Shown: in pieces, positions 15,200 to 32,981 of the stretch
Layout of the letters: the number at the start of each line of letters is the position of its first letter
Numbering within the stretch: the first letter of the stretch is position 1
NCBI RefSeq assembly: GCF_009914755.1
Contig: NC_060927.1
DNA length: 64,000 nt
Direction: 5' to 3' (one strand)
DNA from: the human T2T-CHM13v2.0 reference genome, Homo sapiens
The notes under the pieces: generated by a model
Seen by the model: only the letters and a program-made list of their open reading frames with translations
The model's database searches: none
Told to the model about the DNA's origin: nothing
Program-made: the position numbers and the translations under genes

Positions 15200-15828
15200 A
15201 TAGAGATATAATTTATCACCAAACCAAGCTATTTTTGAGAGTGTAAAGGGGCTCAGTATAGTTACTGTATTAGTTACCTATTATTTCTGTACACAAATTT
15301 AGTGACTTAAAACACCACAAATGTATTATCTTACAGTTCTAGAGGTCAGAAGTCCAAAACAAGTTTCACTAGGCCAAAGTTAAGGTGCCTGGAAGACTAG
15401 CTTCTTCTGAAGCCTGTAAAGGGAGAAACTGTTCTCTTGCCTTTTTCAGCTTCTAGAAGCTATCTGCTTATCTAGGCTCATGGCTTCTTCTCATATCACT
15501 CCAACCTCATGCGTCTACTATCACATTCCATTATCACATCTCCCTCTACTAACTCTGATCTGCCTGCCCCTTTTCATAAGTACTCTTGTGATTACATTGG
15601 GCCCACCTAGTTAATCCTGGATAATCTCCCCATCTCAAGACCCTAAATTAATCACATCTGTACTTTCCCTTATACTATGTAAGGTACAAATTTATAGGTT
15701 CCAGGGATTAAGATGTGGACATCTTTGAAGGACATTACTCAGCCGATCACAGTTAACATAGGCAAGAGGTATAAACTAGGATTATAAACTGGGACTATCC
15801 CAACATGACTGAAACATTAGGTCACCCC
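15200..15828 (-). mobile_element. MER81-like hAT-Blackjack element, interrupted by MLT1D
   Basis: atataatttatcaccaaacc..tttttgagagtgtaaagggg on the left; aaactgggactatccc..ggtcaccc on the right. Confidence 0.65.
15266..15751 (-). mobile_element. MaLR solo LTR, MLT1D-like
   Basis: tgtattagtt...gtgattacattgggcccacc...ggataatctccccatctcaaga...caca; 5-bp TSD gttac/gttaa. Confidence 0.85.
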
Positions 15829-15837
15829 TTCAAATGA

Positions 15838-18503
15838 GAGATCAGAAGAGATATCAGCAAGATGGTAAAGATTTTAGCCTTTGCACCCCTACAAAAAAAA
15901 AAAAAAAACAACCATTAGACAGCTATTCATGAAGAAAAATAGCTCTGGGGATGCTCAGGAGCCCAGTTAAGAAGCTGCAGCAACACAGTGGAGTAAAATA
16001 CCTGAGAAAAAAGGCACAAAATGGGTAGGAAAAACAGTTTCACTTTGCCTGTATCATCCCATCTCTGTGGATGATACACTGAGAGGAAACTCCCAGGCCA
16101 CGAGTCCTCCTCCCAGGGAAAGGGAGAGTAAGGGGAACAACCAGTTTCCCTAGACTTTTGGGGAACTGCCTGCAGGACCCACTGTGTTTCACCTCACCCA
16201 GCCTTCACCACTGAGGACCTCAGTAGCCCTCACAACTGTTGCAGAGTCCCTACAGCTTTCACCACTGAGGATCCACAATATTTGTTGTAATGAATCTCAG
16301 TGGCCTGCTTCACAGAAGATCCTGGCAGCTTTTGCCACCAAGGGCTTACAGTTGTTTGTCTTTGCAGACTCCAGCTGCCTGAGCTGCCACACCACTCACC
16401 CTGCCAGAGCTGCCCCCACTTCTGCATGTGTGCCCACCGCCAACCCCTGCAGCTGCATGTGTGCATGATGCCAGCCCCAGCCTCCAAAGCTTCGCATGCA
16501 CATGCATCTGGCCCGCACAGCCACGCATGCACTGCACTTGGACCAACCCTTGCCACTGGCAGCAGCCCTCACCATCATGTATTTGCCTGCAGCCAGCCCC
16601 TGCCACCAGTGCATGTGCCTTTAGCTGGCCCCAACAGTTGGTCCCTGTAGCCAAGTGGATGCATATCATTGTCCGCAGTCCCCACCACTGCTTTCCCTGG
16701 TCCCTTGCTGCTGTGCCTAGAGGCGCTGTTGACTCCAACAGCCTTCACAGCCACTGTGAACCAGCCCCCTCATAGCTCTTGCCACCAAGAAGCATGCAAG
16801 TGCCAATGTCAGAGGGGCAGCTGCTTGCACCATCCAGACACCATGCCCCCAAAAGCCAGAGCCACTGTATGCCCCCACATTTGGTGCTATGTGTCTCTAG
16901 ATCCAGTGCCACTAAACCTAGTGCCAAAGCATATTTCAGTGTTCCCTTACCCCAATAGGCAAAGGTCTGTCCTTACCAAATCCAGTCCATAAAGCCTGGA
17001 AGAGGTAGTTGCCTCTTCAAATATGCAGACACCTAAAAAAAAAGCTACAAGAATCATAAAGAATCAAGGACACATGACACCACCAAAATAATACGATACA
17101 CTTCCAATAACCAACCCCAAAATATGGAGGTCCAGGAAGTGCCTGACAAATAATTCAAAATAATTGTTCTAAAGAAGCTCAATGAGATACAAGAGAACAC
17201 AGATAAATGATTTAACAATATCAAGAAAACAATACAAGAACAAAATTAGATATAAAGAAATATAAAACACAAGAAAGAACCAAACAAATTTTGGAACTGA
17301 AGAATACAATGACTGAACTAAAAATGCAATAGAGAGCTTCAACAGCAGGCTCAATCGAGCAGAAGAAAGAATCAGCAAACTCAAAGACAGGACACTTAAA
17401 ATTACTCAGAGGGAAAAAAAGAAAAAAGAATGAAAAGTAATGAAGTAACCTTATGGGATTTACGTGACACCATCAAGGGAGCTAACATACACATAATGGG
17501 AGTTCCAAACAAAAAGAAAGGAGGAAGGGACAAAAAGCTTATTTAAAGAAAATAATGGCTGAAAACTTCCCAAATCTGAGGAGAGATATAGACATCCAGG
17601 AACATGAAGCTGAAAGCATCCCAAACAGATTCAACCCATGAAGGCTTCAGTGAGACACATTATAATCAAACTGTCAAAAATAAAATATAAATAACTTTGA
17701 AAACAAGAGAAAACAGATTTGTTCCATATGAGGGAACTCCTATAAGACCATCCAGGAATTTCTCAGCAAAAACCTTGAAAGTCAGGAGAGTGGGATAATA
17801 TATACAAAGTGCAGAAAGAAAAAACCTGACAACCAAGAACACTCTACCCACAAATCTGCCCTTCAGAAATGAGGGAGAGATAAACACTTTCCCAGACAAA
17901 CAAAAGCTGAAGGAGTTCATTGCCACTAGATTTGCCTTACAAGAAATGCTAAAAGGAGTTCCACAAGCTAAAACAAAAGAATTTTAATAATATAGGAAAC
18001 ATGTGAAAACATAAAACTCATCAGTAAAGGTAAATATATAGTCAAATTCCAATTACTCTAATATTGTAATGAGGGTGTGTAAATCACTTATAACTCAAGT
18101 ACAAAGGTTAAAAGACAAAATATTAAAAAGAGCTGTAACTACAATAATTTGTTAATGAATATACAATATAAAATTATGTAAATTGTGACATCAAAAACAA
18201 AATGTGGGTGAGTAAATGTGCAGAGCTCTTGCATGTAATTGAAGTTAAGTTGTTATCTCAAAATAGAATAATATAATTATAAGGTGTTTTATGTAAGCCT
18301 TATGATAACCACAAAACAAAAACCTATAGTAGATACACAAAAGACAAAGAGAAAGGAATCAAAGCTTACCGGTATAGAAAAGTATCAAATCACAAAGGAA
18401 GATAGAAGAGATGAAGAAGGGAAAAAGAATACACAAAACATGCAGAAAAACAACAAAATGTCAGTAGTAAGTCCTTACCTATCAATAATGACTTTAAATG
18501 TAA
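15838..18503 (+). mobile_element. Old L1M 5' portion: 5'UTR, disrupted ORF1 (~17020-17990), inter-ORF and first codons of ORF2
   Basis: caagatgg 5' start; ORF1p remnants (KELNEIQENT, LKEFIATR); ORF2 start MSVVSPYLSIMTLNV at ~18458 and then an abrupt end. Confidence 0.9.
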
Positions 18504-18549
18504 TGAGAGTTCAGAGACAGAATAGACAGGACGCAATAACTATTGCCAG

Positions 18550-18840
18550 CTTTTCCCCACATTCTTGCTCAATGCCATTTCCAAGTCCTGGAATGCTCTC
18601 CCTCTTCCAATCCATAATACCATCTCTGCTATTTGAAATACTTCCTATTGTTCAAGACCCATTCCTAAAGGCACCTCCACCATGAAAAATACCCAGCTCA
18701 GAGTAATTCCTCCATTCTCTGCTTTCTTTTCAGCATGGATTTATATAATCTCCTACTATACTTACCACAAACTGCTCAATTTAATGTAAATATATTTGTG
18801 AATTTGTCTTTTCTCCCCTACCAGAAATAAGTTCTTATTA
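18550..18840 (+). mobile_element. L2 fragment
   Basis: cctggaatgctctccct, ttcaagaccca, ttgtcttttctcccctaccag. Confidence 0.55.
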
Positions 18841-18857
18841 TTAAGGCAGATCTAGTG

Positions 18858-18907
18858 GCATTACTTTTAATGGTGAAAACTGCAATTACTTTTGAACTAA
18901 CCTAATA
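18858..18907. mobile_element. MADE1 (Hsmar1-derived MITE), partial
   Basis: cattacttttaatggtgaaaactgcaattacttttgaactaacctaata matches the centre and one arm of MADE1. Confidence 0.8.
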
Positions 18908-20094
18908 ATAGGAACATACTCTAGGCCAAAAGATAGCTGCAAGCATTTAATACCTGCAATGAAAACATGTCTGCAACCATTTTTAGGCCAATATCTGTTA
19001 GTGCAGCCTCTCCAAGCCAAATTCCTATCAGCTTATCATGCCAGCCAGCCAAATGCAGGAGTCACTTGACACACTGGACAACTGAAGAGAACTTTCTACA
19101 TCCTAAAAAGAACAATATTTCACTAGAAACTTCCTTCAGACTGGGTTAAATCCAACATTTTGATGCACCTATGTCTATTAACCAAGATGATTTTTATCAA
19201 TAGGATGCTGCCACCCACATCTGCTTATCCTGGTTATTCATTACAGAAACAAAAAATCACTTTGGATAGTGTTTAACTGTAAACTAAGCACGTTTAGATG
19301 TTCATCAACAATTAAAACTCAGCAGCATTGTTTCTGTATTTTTTTAATTAATAGCAGAAGATGATAACACTGAAGTATTTTTTATCAAGGGAAAAATACA
19401 CACTGCTAGAATCCCATTTAGTCTGTTATTTCTCTAGAAATTGTATGTAATAGTGGGGTGATATTGAAATCCACAAGAAGTTATGTTTATTTAGTGGACC
19501 CTAACCAAGAAAGTTTATATACTGAAACAATGGCCCTCAGTGCATTTGCTTCACCAGAAGCCCCCATAGCACAGACTCCCAGTACTTTTCAGCATGATTT
19601 TAGTGTAGCAGAAACTGAGAGAGAGAGAATAGTAGACATTGTAGAATTCCTTGTTAGGCAAAAACCTTGGAAGTCATTCTGACCACTTTTTTTTTCTTTC
19701 ATTATTAGTCCTACGTTCATTCACAACCCAGGGAAGGAAAGGCCAAAAATAGCCTCCAAACCATTGTGAAGCAGCTGTCTTTGGTGCGTGAAGGCAAGCA
19801 GACATTTGGAAGTCCAAGTTTAGATAGTAAACAGAGGCTATATTGAAACAGTAATCATGCTAATTAATCATCATTTTGTTAGCAAATGTGCTGCACTTTG
19901 TATTTTCAAAGCATTGTATCATCATTAATTAATCAGCTGTAATCACTATTGCAGTGGCAAATCAAATTATGTACAAGACTTGAAAAGAAATTGTTTCATA
20001 TGGAGTGCACTTAAAAAGTGCAAGTCTTTTTCTTTCTGTTTTTGTTTTTTATTTATTTGTTTGTTTCTCCATCGAACAGGCTGTGCCATATTCT

Positions 20095-20412
20095 CTTTCA
20101 CTTTTCTGCCCTAGCTTATGCTGTTCCTTCTACCTAGATCACAGATAACTCCTGTTCCTTTGTTAGATATCATCATAAGCAACACTTTTTTCTAGAGACA
20201 GTTCTCCAGGCCTGCTAAGCTATTTTAGAGACTCCTATAGTCCTTTTTCGTAGAAACTTTTACCCTCTGTTAAATTGCCTGTCTAGTTGTTTGTTACTCA
20301 TGCTAGGCTGCAGGTTCTGTGAGGAAGAGGCCACAGATGACTTGTTCATCATTGCATCCCTGGCGTGGTGCCTGACACTTGGTAGTCACCCAAAACGTGT
20401 GTTTTTTAAATG
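20095..20412 (+). mobile_element. L2 3' end
   Basis: tatgctgttccttctacctag; cttgttcatcattgcatccc..gtgcctgacacttggtag. Confidence 0.7.
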
Positions 20413-20449
20413 GAAAAAAAAAAGAATCCTCCATGAGAGAGAGCTAATA

Positions 20450-20665
20450 AAAGGCAGTTATTGTTAACATGAGCTCTCAGTACAAATCAATCTACTCAGC
20501 ACTCCAGATGCTCTATCTCATTTAATGCTCACTGTGTTCCTTTGAGGTAGGTACCATATAGGTAATTGAAGTGACAGAGAGTAAATCATTTGCCCATGAT
20601 CACACTGAAAGTAAATAACGAAATTGAAGTTGCATCATAGATTTCTCTGATTTCAACCCTACATG
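20450..20665 (-). mobile_element. MIR SINE
   Basis: atctcatttaatgctcac..tgaggtaggtac..atttgcccatgatcacac. Confidence 0.7.
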
Positions 20666-21015
20666 TCTATGAAAGTGATGAACAAGAAAATAGCAGGCCC
20701 TAAATCCAGAAACTAATCTGACACAACCAGGTCTCAGTGTTATCACAAACTGGACCAATGCTAGTGGGTAGGCCATATTGTTGCTCTGTTGAACATTAGC
20801 AATCTCACAAAACAGCAGCATGAGACAAAGCCACTCTGAGACCATGATAAAGTGAAACAAAATATTAATAAGTCCACTTCATTATTTTATCTAAGCACAC
20901 ATCAAAATAAGGCCACTGTAGAAACCCCACAAAATACCAAACATCTCTTTCTCCTAGCTAATATGAGTCCCTGTTGCTTCTTTACTAATTATAGCTTTAC
21001 CCTTGCTCTAATCTG

Positions 21016-21736
<721 letters not shown>

Positions 21737-22193
21737 CCTGCCTTCTTTATAAATAAGGTTTATTGAGATACCCAATCATAGAATTTCCTTCACTTCCTGA
21801 CAGCAGTTATGCAGAATAAATTGTTTCCCTAGACTCTTTTCAAAATCACCCATTCAAAGCCCCAGTTCTTTAATACACCTTTCTTAACATCCTCTTACTG
21901 AAACAGTTCCCTTGGCATGATTTTTGTCTTGCTGCAGTGAGAAATAAACTCAACTTTTTCAGCTACAGGTGGGTTTCTGGCTAGAGGGTATTGACATTGG
22001 GTTAATACAAAAGCACCTATTAGGCTGGAGAAAGAAAACGTGAGAACTTTTAATTATAAATTTTTGTTTTGAAAAATCAGAAAAATAATCTTAACCAATA
22101 TTTAATACAGTATATACACATGGTTCCCTTTCTTCATCCTTCCCTCTGTGAGATGGCCACATGACAAATTAGGTACACAACATAACTAGAGGG

Positions 22194-22476
22194 TCACAGA
22201 AGGACAAATACTGTACAATTCCACTTACATGCAATATCTAGCAGACAAAATCATAGAAACAGAAAGTTGAATGGTGGTTTCCTGTGACTGAGGGGAGGGA
22301 AAAATAAGCAGTTGTTTGATGGGTATAGAGTTTCAGTTTTACAAGATCAAAATGTCCTACAGAACTGTTATACAACAAATGAATATATAGTTCATACCAC
22401 TGAACTGTGCACTTTGAATGATTAAGAGAATATATTTTATATTATGTGTTTTCTGTCATGATTTAAAAAAAAAAAA
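22194..22476 (+). mobile_element. L1MB 3' end (5'-truncated insertion)
   Basis: cacagaaggacaaatactgt..gggtatagagtttcagtttt..polyA; TSD aactagaggg. Confidence 0.88.
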
Positions 22477-23230
22477 CTAGAGGGAAGAGTGAGTGTTCTA
22501 CTGGAGGATTTGACATGGCAGCCATAGTCTTTAGTTCACTTCCTGGACACTGCAACATACTGCAGGTGACATTGTCCCCAGCAACAAAGTTTGTATCTTA
22601 TGTAATTAGTCACTGATAATATACCTTAGTAACTAAAACTTGAACCATGTTATGAGGGTACTGGTACTATTTATTAAACCATGGTAACTGAAATTCATTT
22701 GACAGACTTTGTCTCTCATTTATGTTTTTCTCGAAGAATATAATGGTATATGCCATGTTAAAAAAATAGATGAGAAGGACAAAATCCCTCACTTCAACAA
22801 GTTTATAGTTTAATGGGTGTCAATAAAATACATAAATTCTGTAATCTGATAAACATAATGATCAAAAATAATGTACAAGTTTATAGGTGAGTGAAATTAC
22901 CCTTAGTCAAAGGATCAAAAAGATAATGAAGCTAATGGCATGGAAGACAAACATTTTCAAAGTTATTCCTGTGGTTTCATGGCTTTCTATTGACAGGATC
23001 ACATTTTTACTTGGTTTTTCCTATTTCCCAGATGTTAGTTGTTTTGCTGTTTTAAATAGTGTTATGATGAATAACTTTGTAATTGCAATAACTTTGAAGT
23101 GGAATACCTAGACAAATGGGCATGGAGATTTTTAAAGCTGTTGGTGCATACTACTGGTCTTAAAATGTTTAATGCCATTAGCTTTTATGATCTTTGTCTT
23201 CATTCCTCAATCAAAACTAATTTTACTCAC

Positions 23231-23282
23231 CTATGAGTTTTCATAGCATCTTTGATCCTTATGTCCATTGAGTTATATTATT
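23231..23282 (-). other. Candidate 52-nt spliced exon of the minus-strand transcript
   Basis: Acceptor tgtttccacacttttatgcatag| and donor tag|gtgagt in non-repeat sequence; motif evidence only. Confidence 0.35.
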
Positions 23283-23997
23283 CTATGCATAAAAGTGTGG
23301 AAACAATACTTATAAGGTATTAGGGACCTATTTTTCTGGGGAGCCAAAATTGGGAAAATAGCATGCATTGCTTACTGAATGCCAACAATCAGAGCTGTCT
23401 CAGAGAACAAGAGTCTCTCCAAAAAATATTTTCTGAGCTTTCAGGAATTATAATCCATGTGGAAAAGTTAACCATATTGGTGAAATATTTAATAGTTTAG
23501 GAACATTTTGTACTTTGATAGCTTCAGAACAAAACCTCTTTGTGACTATTCAAACAAAGAAAATTTTTTTTAAAATGTAGTCAACTTGTGCTTGTCTTCC
23601 TTCTACCACCAAACTGGGTTCAGTGCCACTAACAGTAAGGGCTCTAGAGAAGAGTCAGGGGATAAATGAGGTAGGAGTGAATTTTGTTCATGTTTGGTAT
23701 TATGTCTACATAAACATTTCATAATGCCTTTGAAACCATACACAAATAGTGAGTGATTTAAAAATTAGAATTTTGCTTATCTCAGGTTTTACATACCAAC
23801 ATGAAGCTAGAATTACTCTGTACTTCTTTCATGCTTATTCTGCTCTATTTCAGGAGAATGTAAAAATTATATTTCATTAATATTTTTATCCAAAAGGTTT
23901 CCAAAGCATTAGGTACAAAAATCAGATGAATATATGGACATTGCCTCAATTTTTCTGCATAGCAGGCTCACATCTGTGATTAAAAAGTAAAGAACTG

Positions 23998-27805
<3,808 letters not shown>

Positions 27806-28977
27806 AAAAAGTAAAGAATTGAATGTTTTTTTTTTTGAAAAGAGTAGCTGTGAATCTAGTAGACATTGACAGTATAATGTAAAAAAGAAGAGAAAAGATA
27901 GAGTTCAGTGAATACCTATGATGCAAGAATAGAGAGTTTTAGTTCACTAGCTAGTGGGATGTATAAGAAAATATCCCTAAGGTGTCTATAAATGTAGAGA
28001 TTGACATTTTGAAAAACCAGCAAAAACTTTGTGGGACTTCACTCATAAATGGAATGTCAACATAAATTGGCACAATTTATATAGCTAGCACAGAAAGGAG
28101 AATTTTGTCACTGAATTTATGAAAAACCTGAAGGATAAATATTTTATTTTCAAGATAATTTTTAAGGATATTATAAACTGAATAAAATATCATGTTGCTA
28201 CTACTATAAGAACAAGTTTATCTCCATTATCGGTGACAACTTTCAGAGGACTACAAATCCAGTGTCGCTTGGGGCTCTGTAGTTTCTAGTTCCTTTGGAA
28301 GAACTATAATACAGATATTTTCAGCAAACAGACAGTACCACAAATCAGCCAGCCTATTTTAATATGTCCTTGTCCAATCAAAGTAAATGATGAATTAACC
28401 AGAAACATCAACACTGTTAATGTTTATTGGTTATTTAAAATATCATAATAAACTAAGTAACACAACCAGTTTGAAACTCACTTTTTAGATAAGATTTGTT
28501 CATCTGTATTTACTTTTGTTTATGTTTCTTTATTTCCCCATGTTAGTTAATTAACACATATATACATAGACGTCTACACATTCTCCTCCCAGAATTTGCA
28601 GCTTAACACGTATAAAAGTCATTTTCTTTTGATTGTTAATATGGTATTTGTTCCAAAATCTGTTAATGCTCTCATTTCTTCTGGCAATGTGTTAATTGCT
28701 AACAAAAATAAGGTTTTGTTTCCATAGTCATTACATCTACAAACACTTAGAAAATTTTGTTTGTCTCTTAAGAAAAGTAACAGTACAAATGAAATGGTCA
28801 CTCACCAATTAAAGATGGTAGCTGACAACCATAAAACACATTATTCTGTTTCTTGCCTCTGTATATGCTACTTTACATTAAATTCTAAATTTAATAAAAT
28901 ATTTCATTTATCTCTCTCTCCAATGTCACCAAAATTTTCCCCCCATATCTGAGAGACTAAAATGCAACCTTACTTGC

Positions 28978-29193
28978 CTGAGTCCTTATCCTAAGTAGTC
29001 ACTGTCCAGTAAGCAGGTAGCATGTGTCCCTACAGGCACACGATTCAAACCAAGAAATAGAAAAGTCTTGAAAAAACTTTCACATTCAAAAGCGGCACCT
29101 TTGTTGATCTCCGAGAGCTCTGGTACAGTTCCTCAGCTTGTTGTCAGTTTTTGTCACTAAAATACTGCCACCTTCAGGAAGAAATGTAGGAAT
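28978..29193 (-). other. Candidate non-coding exon of the minus-strand transcript
   Basis: Overlapping donors CAG|GCAAGT (28978) and CAA|GTAAGG (28974); branch-like cactaat then tgcag| (29193), or pyrimidine tract then gaag| (29171); unique sequence retaining CpGs. Confidence 0.3.
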
Positions 29194-30289
29194 CTGCAAT
29201 TGCATTAGTGAGGGAATCTGACTGAGAACCCTTAAATCCAAATTCCACACGGCCCTTTATTAAAGCATAGCTATAATGTATCCTAAGTTATTTTTTCTAT
29301 AAAACTAAATATTAGTAATCTATTTTAGTAGATTTTTTCCTTAATAGCTTTTTTTTTCCTGAATAGCTAGACATTACAGTGAAAAGCTGCCCAGAAATAA
29401 CAAATGAAGATAATTCACTATTATAGATAAAAGTAAAACTTCTTCAGTAAGACCAGGGATTCTCAGGTATTAAATTACAAAACATGAAGAACAAGTTACA
29501 AAATATTTTCTATACTCAAATAATGAAATATATATATAGAAAATATTGGTACAGTGTTTTAAGAAATAATTCCATGACCCATTTATACATTTTACAAGAA
29601 ATATATCTCTTTAAATCCTCTTTGACGATGCTAAAATAGGATTTTTTCCCCTTTACCTTCTAGGTCCTCTTTCATTTATCAGTTAACATAAAAATTAAAA
29701 GTAACTTTGTGCCAGCTTTCTAGTGTTTGAATTGAATATTTCAGTTTACATCAAGAATGTTCTCGTTCTCTCTCTTTCTTTCTCCTGCTTTAAAAAAAAT
29801 TTCTAGAAGTTCAGCTCTCTATTTCATAATCTGCTCTTGGTCTAATGTTATTTCATTTCCTTTCACTTATTCTTTCCCTTATCTTCTTTTCTATCTTCTC
29901 CTCTTCATTGGTTTATTTTTACTTAATTTAGAAAGTCCATTGTAATTAGCCAATTTCTTTTATGTCCTATAAGCAATATATACAGAGCCCTCTTTCTGTT
30001 TTCCCTTTATTTAAAATCCATTCCCTATTCAGACAATGCCAACAAGTACTTTTCATAAACAGTTTTTTTTAAAAAATATATGATTATTGTGAAATGTCAC
30101 AAATATTTTACAAAACACTAATCATAGAGTCTGACTGGAAAGGACACATACACAAAGCCTTCTCTTATTTTAATCCTCAAAGCAGTTTGTCAGATCGCCC
30201 CAGGTTAATTTCAAAATTGAACAAATTAAAATTTCAATGTGATAACTTTGGGAAGAAGGAGGAACTTTACAAAATAATTTTGATATTCC

Positions 30290-31510
30290 CCTAAAGGAAT
30301 TGAGTGAAGACAATAACCACTACAAATCAAGTTTCTGGAAAAAGAAGATTATTAAAAGAGGAGGTATACTATCAGAGATTAATAATAATTAAAACTATGT
30401 GGAATCAGTGTCTGAAAACAAGAACATATGAACGGAGTGCAAAAGGACCCTAGTATAGCTAAGAATTTAGCAAGCATTAAAGTGAGGGCAGATTGCTTAT
30501 TTTTAAAATGATGTTAGAACAATTGGTCAACTATTTGAAAAAAAATTATAACTTCTACTTCATAAATACACCAAAATGAAATAAATCCAGAAAAAGTAGA
30601 GTGAGCCATTTGAAAATTAAGGTCTATTTTAAAACACAAATGAATACTTATTTGATTACAACATAGATAAGGAAGAATCAATAAAAAGATTGATAAGTGG
30701 ATTAACCTAAAAATTAAAAGCATCTCTGTTTAAAACACCATAAATATAATTAAAAGGCAAATGGTAACTTGGAAAAAATATTTTGGACATTAATGGCAGC
30801 TAAACGTTTAATATCTTTACATTAGAAGACATCTTACAAATAATAAGATAAATACCTATACAGCAGAAAATGAGCAATAACCATGAGCAGACCACTCAAA
30901 AGAAACATTTTTGTCTCATTAACATATTTTTTAATGTTCAATCTCAATCAAAAATGCAAATTAAAACAGCAAGTTTTGCTTTTAAAATTGATGAATATTT
31001 TTTAAATTTTAATACCTGGTTTCACCAAGGGTATTGCAAAAATAGTGTTGCCATACAAACTTTTGGGATGACAACTGACAATGTATATCCATAGTCAATC
31101 CCCTTACCCTTCACCCAGCAGTTTCTTAGGACACAGTCCTGTATGTTTAAGGAAAATAATCAAGATGTAAAAAGAAATCTGTATATGAGAATAATCACAG
31201 TGGAGATTGGTAAAATGAATAATGGCACATATATATAATGGAATACTATTATTTATTCAGTTTAAAAAATAATTACATGGGAAAATATTCATATATTTAC
31301 TAAGTGATTAAACAACTATTAAACTATATTATGTAATGATCATAATATGTGCTTAAATACACAGAAGAAACTGAAAAATTGTTAAAATAACAAACAAATT
31401 TTTTATTTTTCCTGAGCGGTAAGACCATGGTTAATTTCTTTACTTTATTTGAATGTTTTTTTTTTTTTTGGTTTTTTCAAATGTTCTACAACAATATGGC
31501 GTTTTAAACA
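30290..31510 (+). mobile_element. Highly diverged L1ME (ORF2 3' part and 3'UTR)
   Basis: A-rich L1-like blocks (attaaaactatgtgg, aacaattggtcaactatttgaaaaaa, aaatgcaaattaaaaca, atggaatactat). Confidence 0.65.
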
Positions 31511-31645
31511 AAAAAAGGCTTGTTTTAAACCAGTGAAGACCCTCATTGCAATTCCATTTATTATGAAATATACATTTCAGGCCATGTATATTAATAGAAA
31601 AACAGAAATGTCATATGTAACATACATTTTTTAAAAAATGATTCC

Positions 31646-31878
31646 TTTGTCCACACCCATAGAATGTACAACACCAGGAATGCACCCTAATATAAATTAT
31701 GGGACTTTGGGTGATACAATGTGTCAATGTAGATGTATAGATTGGAACAAATGTACCAGTTTGGTGTGGGATGATGATAGTGAGGGAGACTGTGCCTGTG
31801 GGAACAGGGAACTCTCTGTACTTTCTGCTAAATTTTTCTGAGAATGTAAAACTGCTCTAAAAAATACAGTAAAAAAAA
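31646..31878 (+). mobile_element. L1MC1/2-like 3' end
   Basis: cccatagaatgtacaacacca..gggaactctctgtactttctgc..taaaactgctctaaaaaata; TSD-like aaaa(c)atgattcc on both sides. Confidence 0.85.
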
Positions 31879-32134
31879 CATGATTCCCAGAATGCAAACT
31901 GGATGCAAAGTAAATCTGCCACTGCTTAGCACAGAAATATAAAATCAATGCTGATTTAGTGAGGAAGGCTTTGAGGTATGCTGAAAAGGTGTCTAATAAA
32001 ATTTTTTGTCTAATAAATTTTTAGATATCAATTGCTTTATGCAAATCTATATCTCACATAATGAGAATAAAATTAATATATAATATTTTCCATTTGCCTT
32101 CTTATCCACATAGGTAGAAGGAGGTGTCCTATAC

Positions 32135-32772
<638 letters not shown>

Positions 32773-32914
32773 TCTCCTCTTGGAAGGGGTTAATAGTGAA
32801 ATATTGTCACCGGACATGCTACTTTAGGGTAATAGGCCTGAATACACCTAGTACTCAGCAAGTTCAAATCTAAATTTTAATCATGTTAAAAGAATGTAAA
32901 TTGTGTATCCTTAC

Positions 32915-32981
32915 CTACTTTCTTGGCCTTCTTTAATATCACTGAGTCACATATCTGTTAAGTTATTCTTAGCAAATTCAT
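32915..32981 (-). other. Candidate 67-nt spliced exon of the minus-strand transcript
   Basis: Acceptor cttccctttttgcag| and donor tag|gtaagg in unique sequence; motif evidence only. Confidence 0.4.

Noticed and set aside
16184-16992. Cluster of overlapping 60-130 aa ORFs
   Set aside because: They lie in the GC-rich, internally repetitive 5'UTR of the old L1; not a cellular gene.
18858-18907. miR-548-type hairpin from MADE1
   Set aside because: Only one arm plus the centre remains, so the long palindrome needed for a pre-miRNA is missing.
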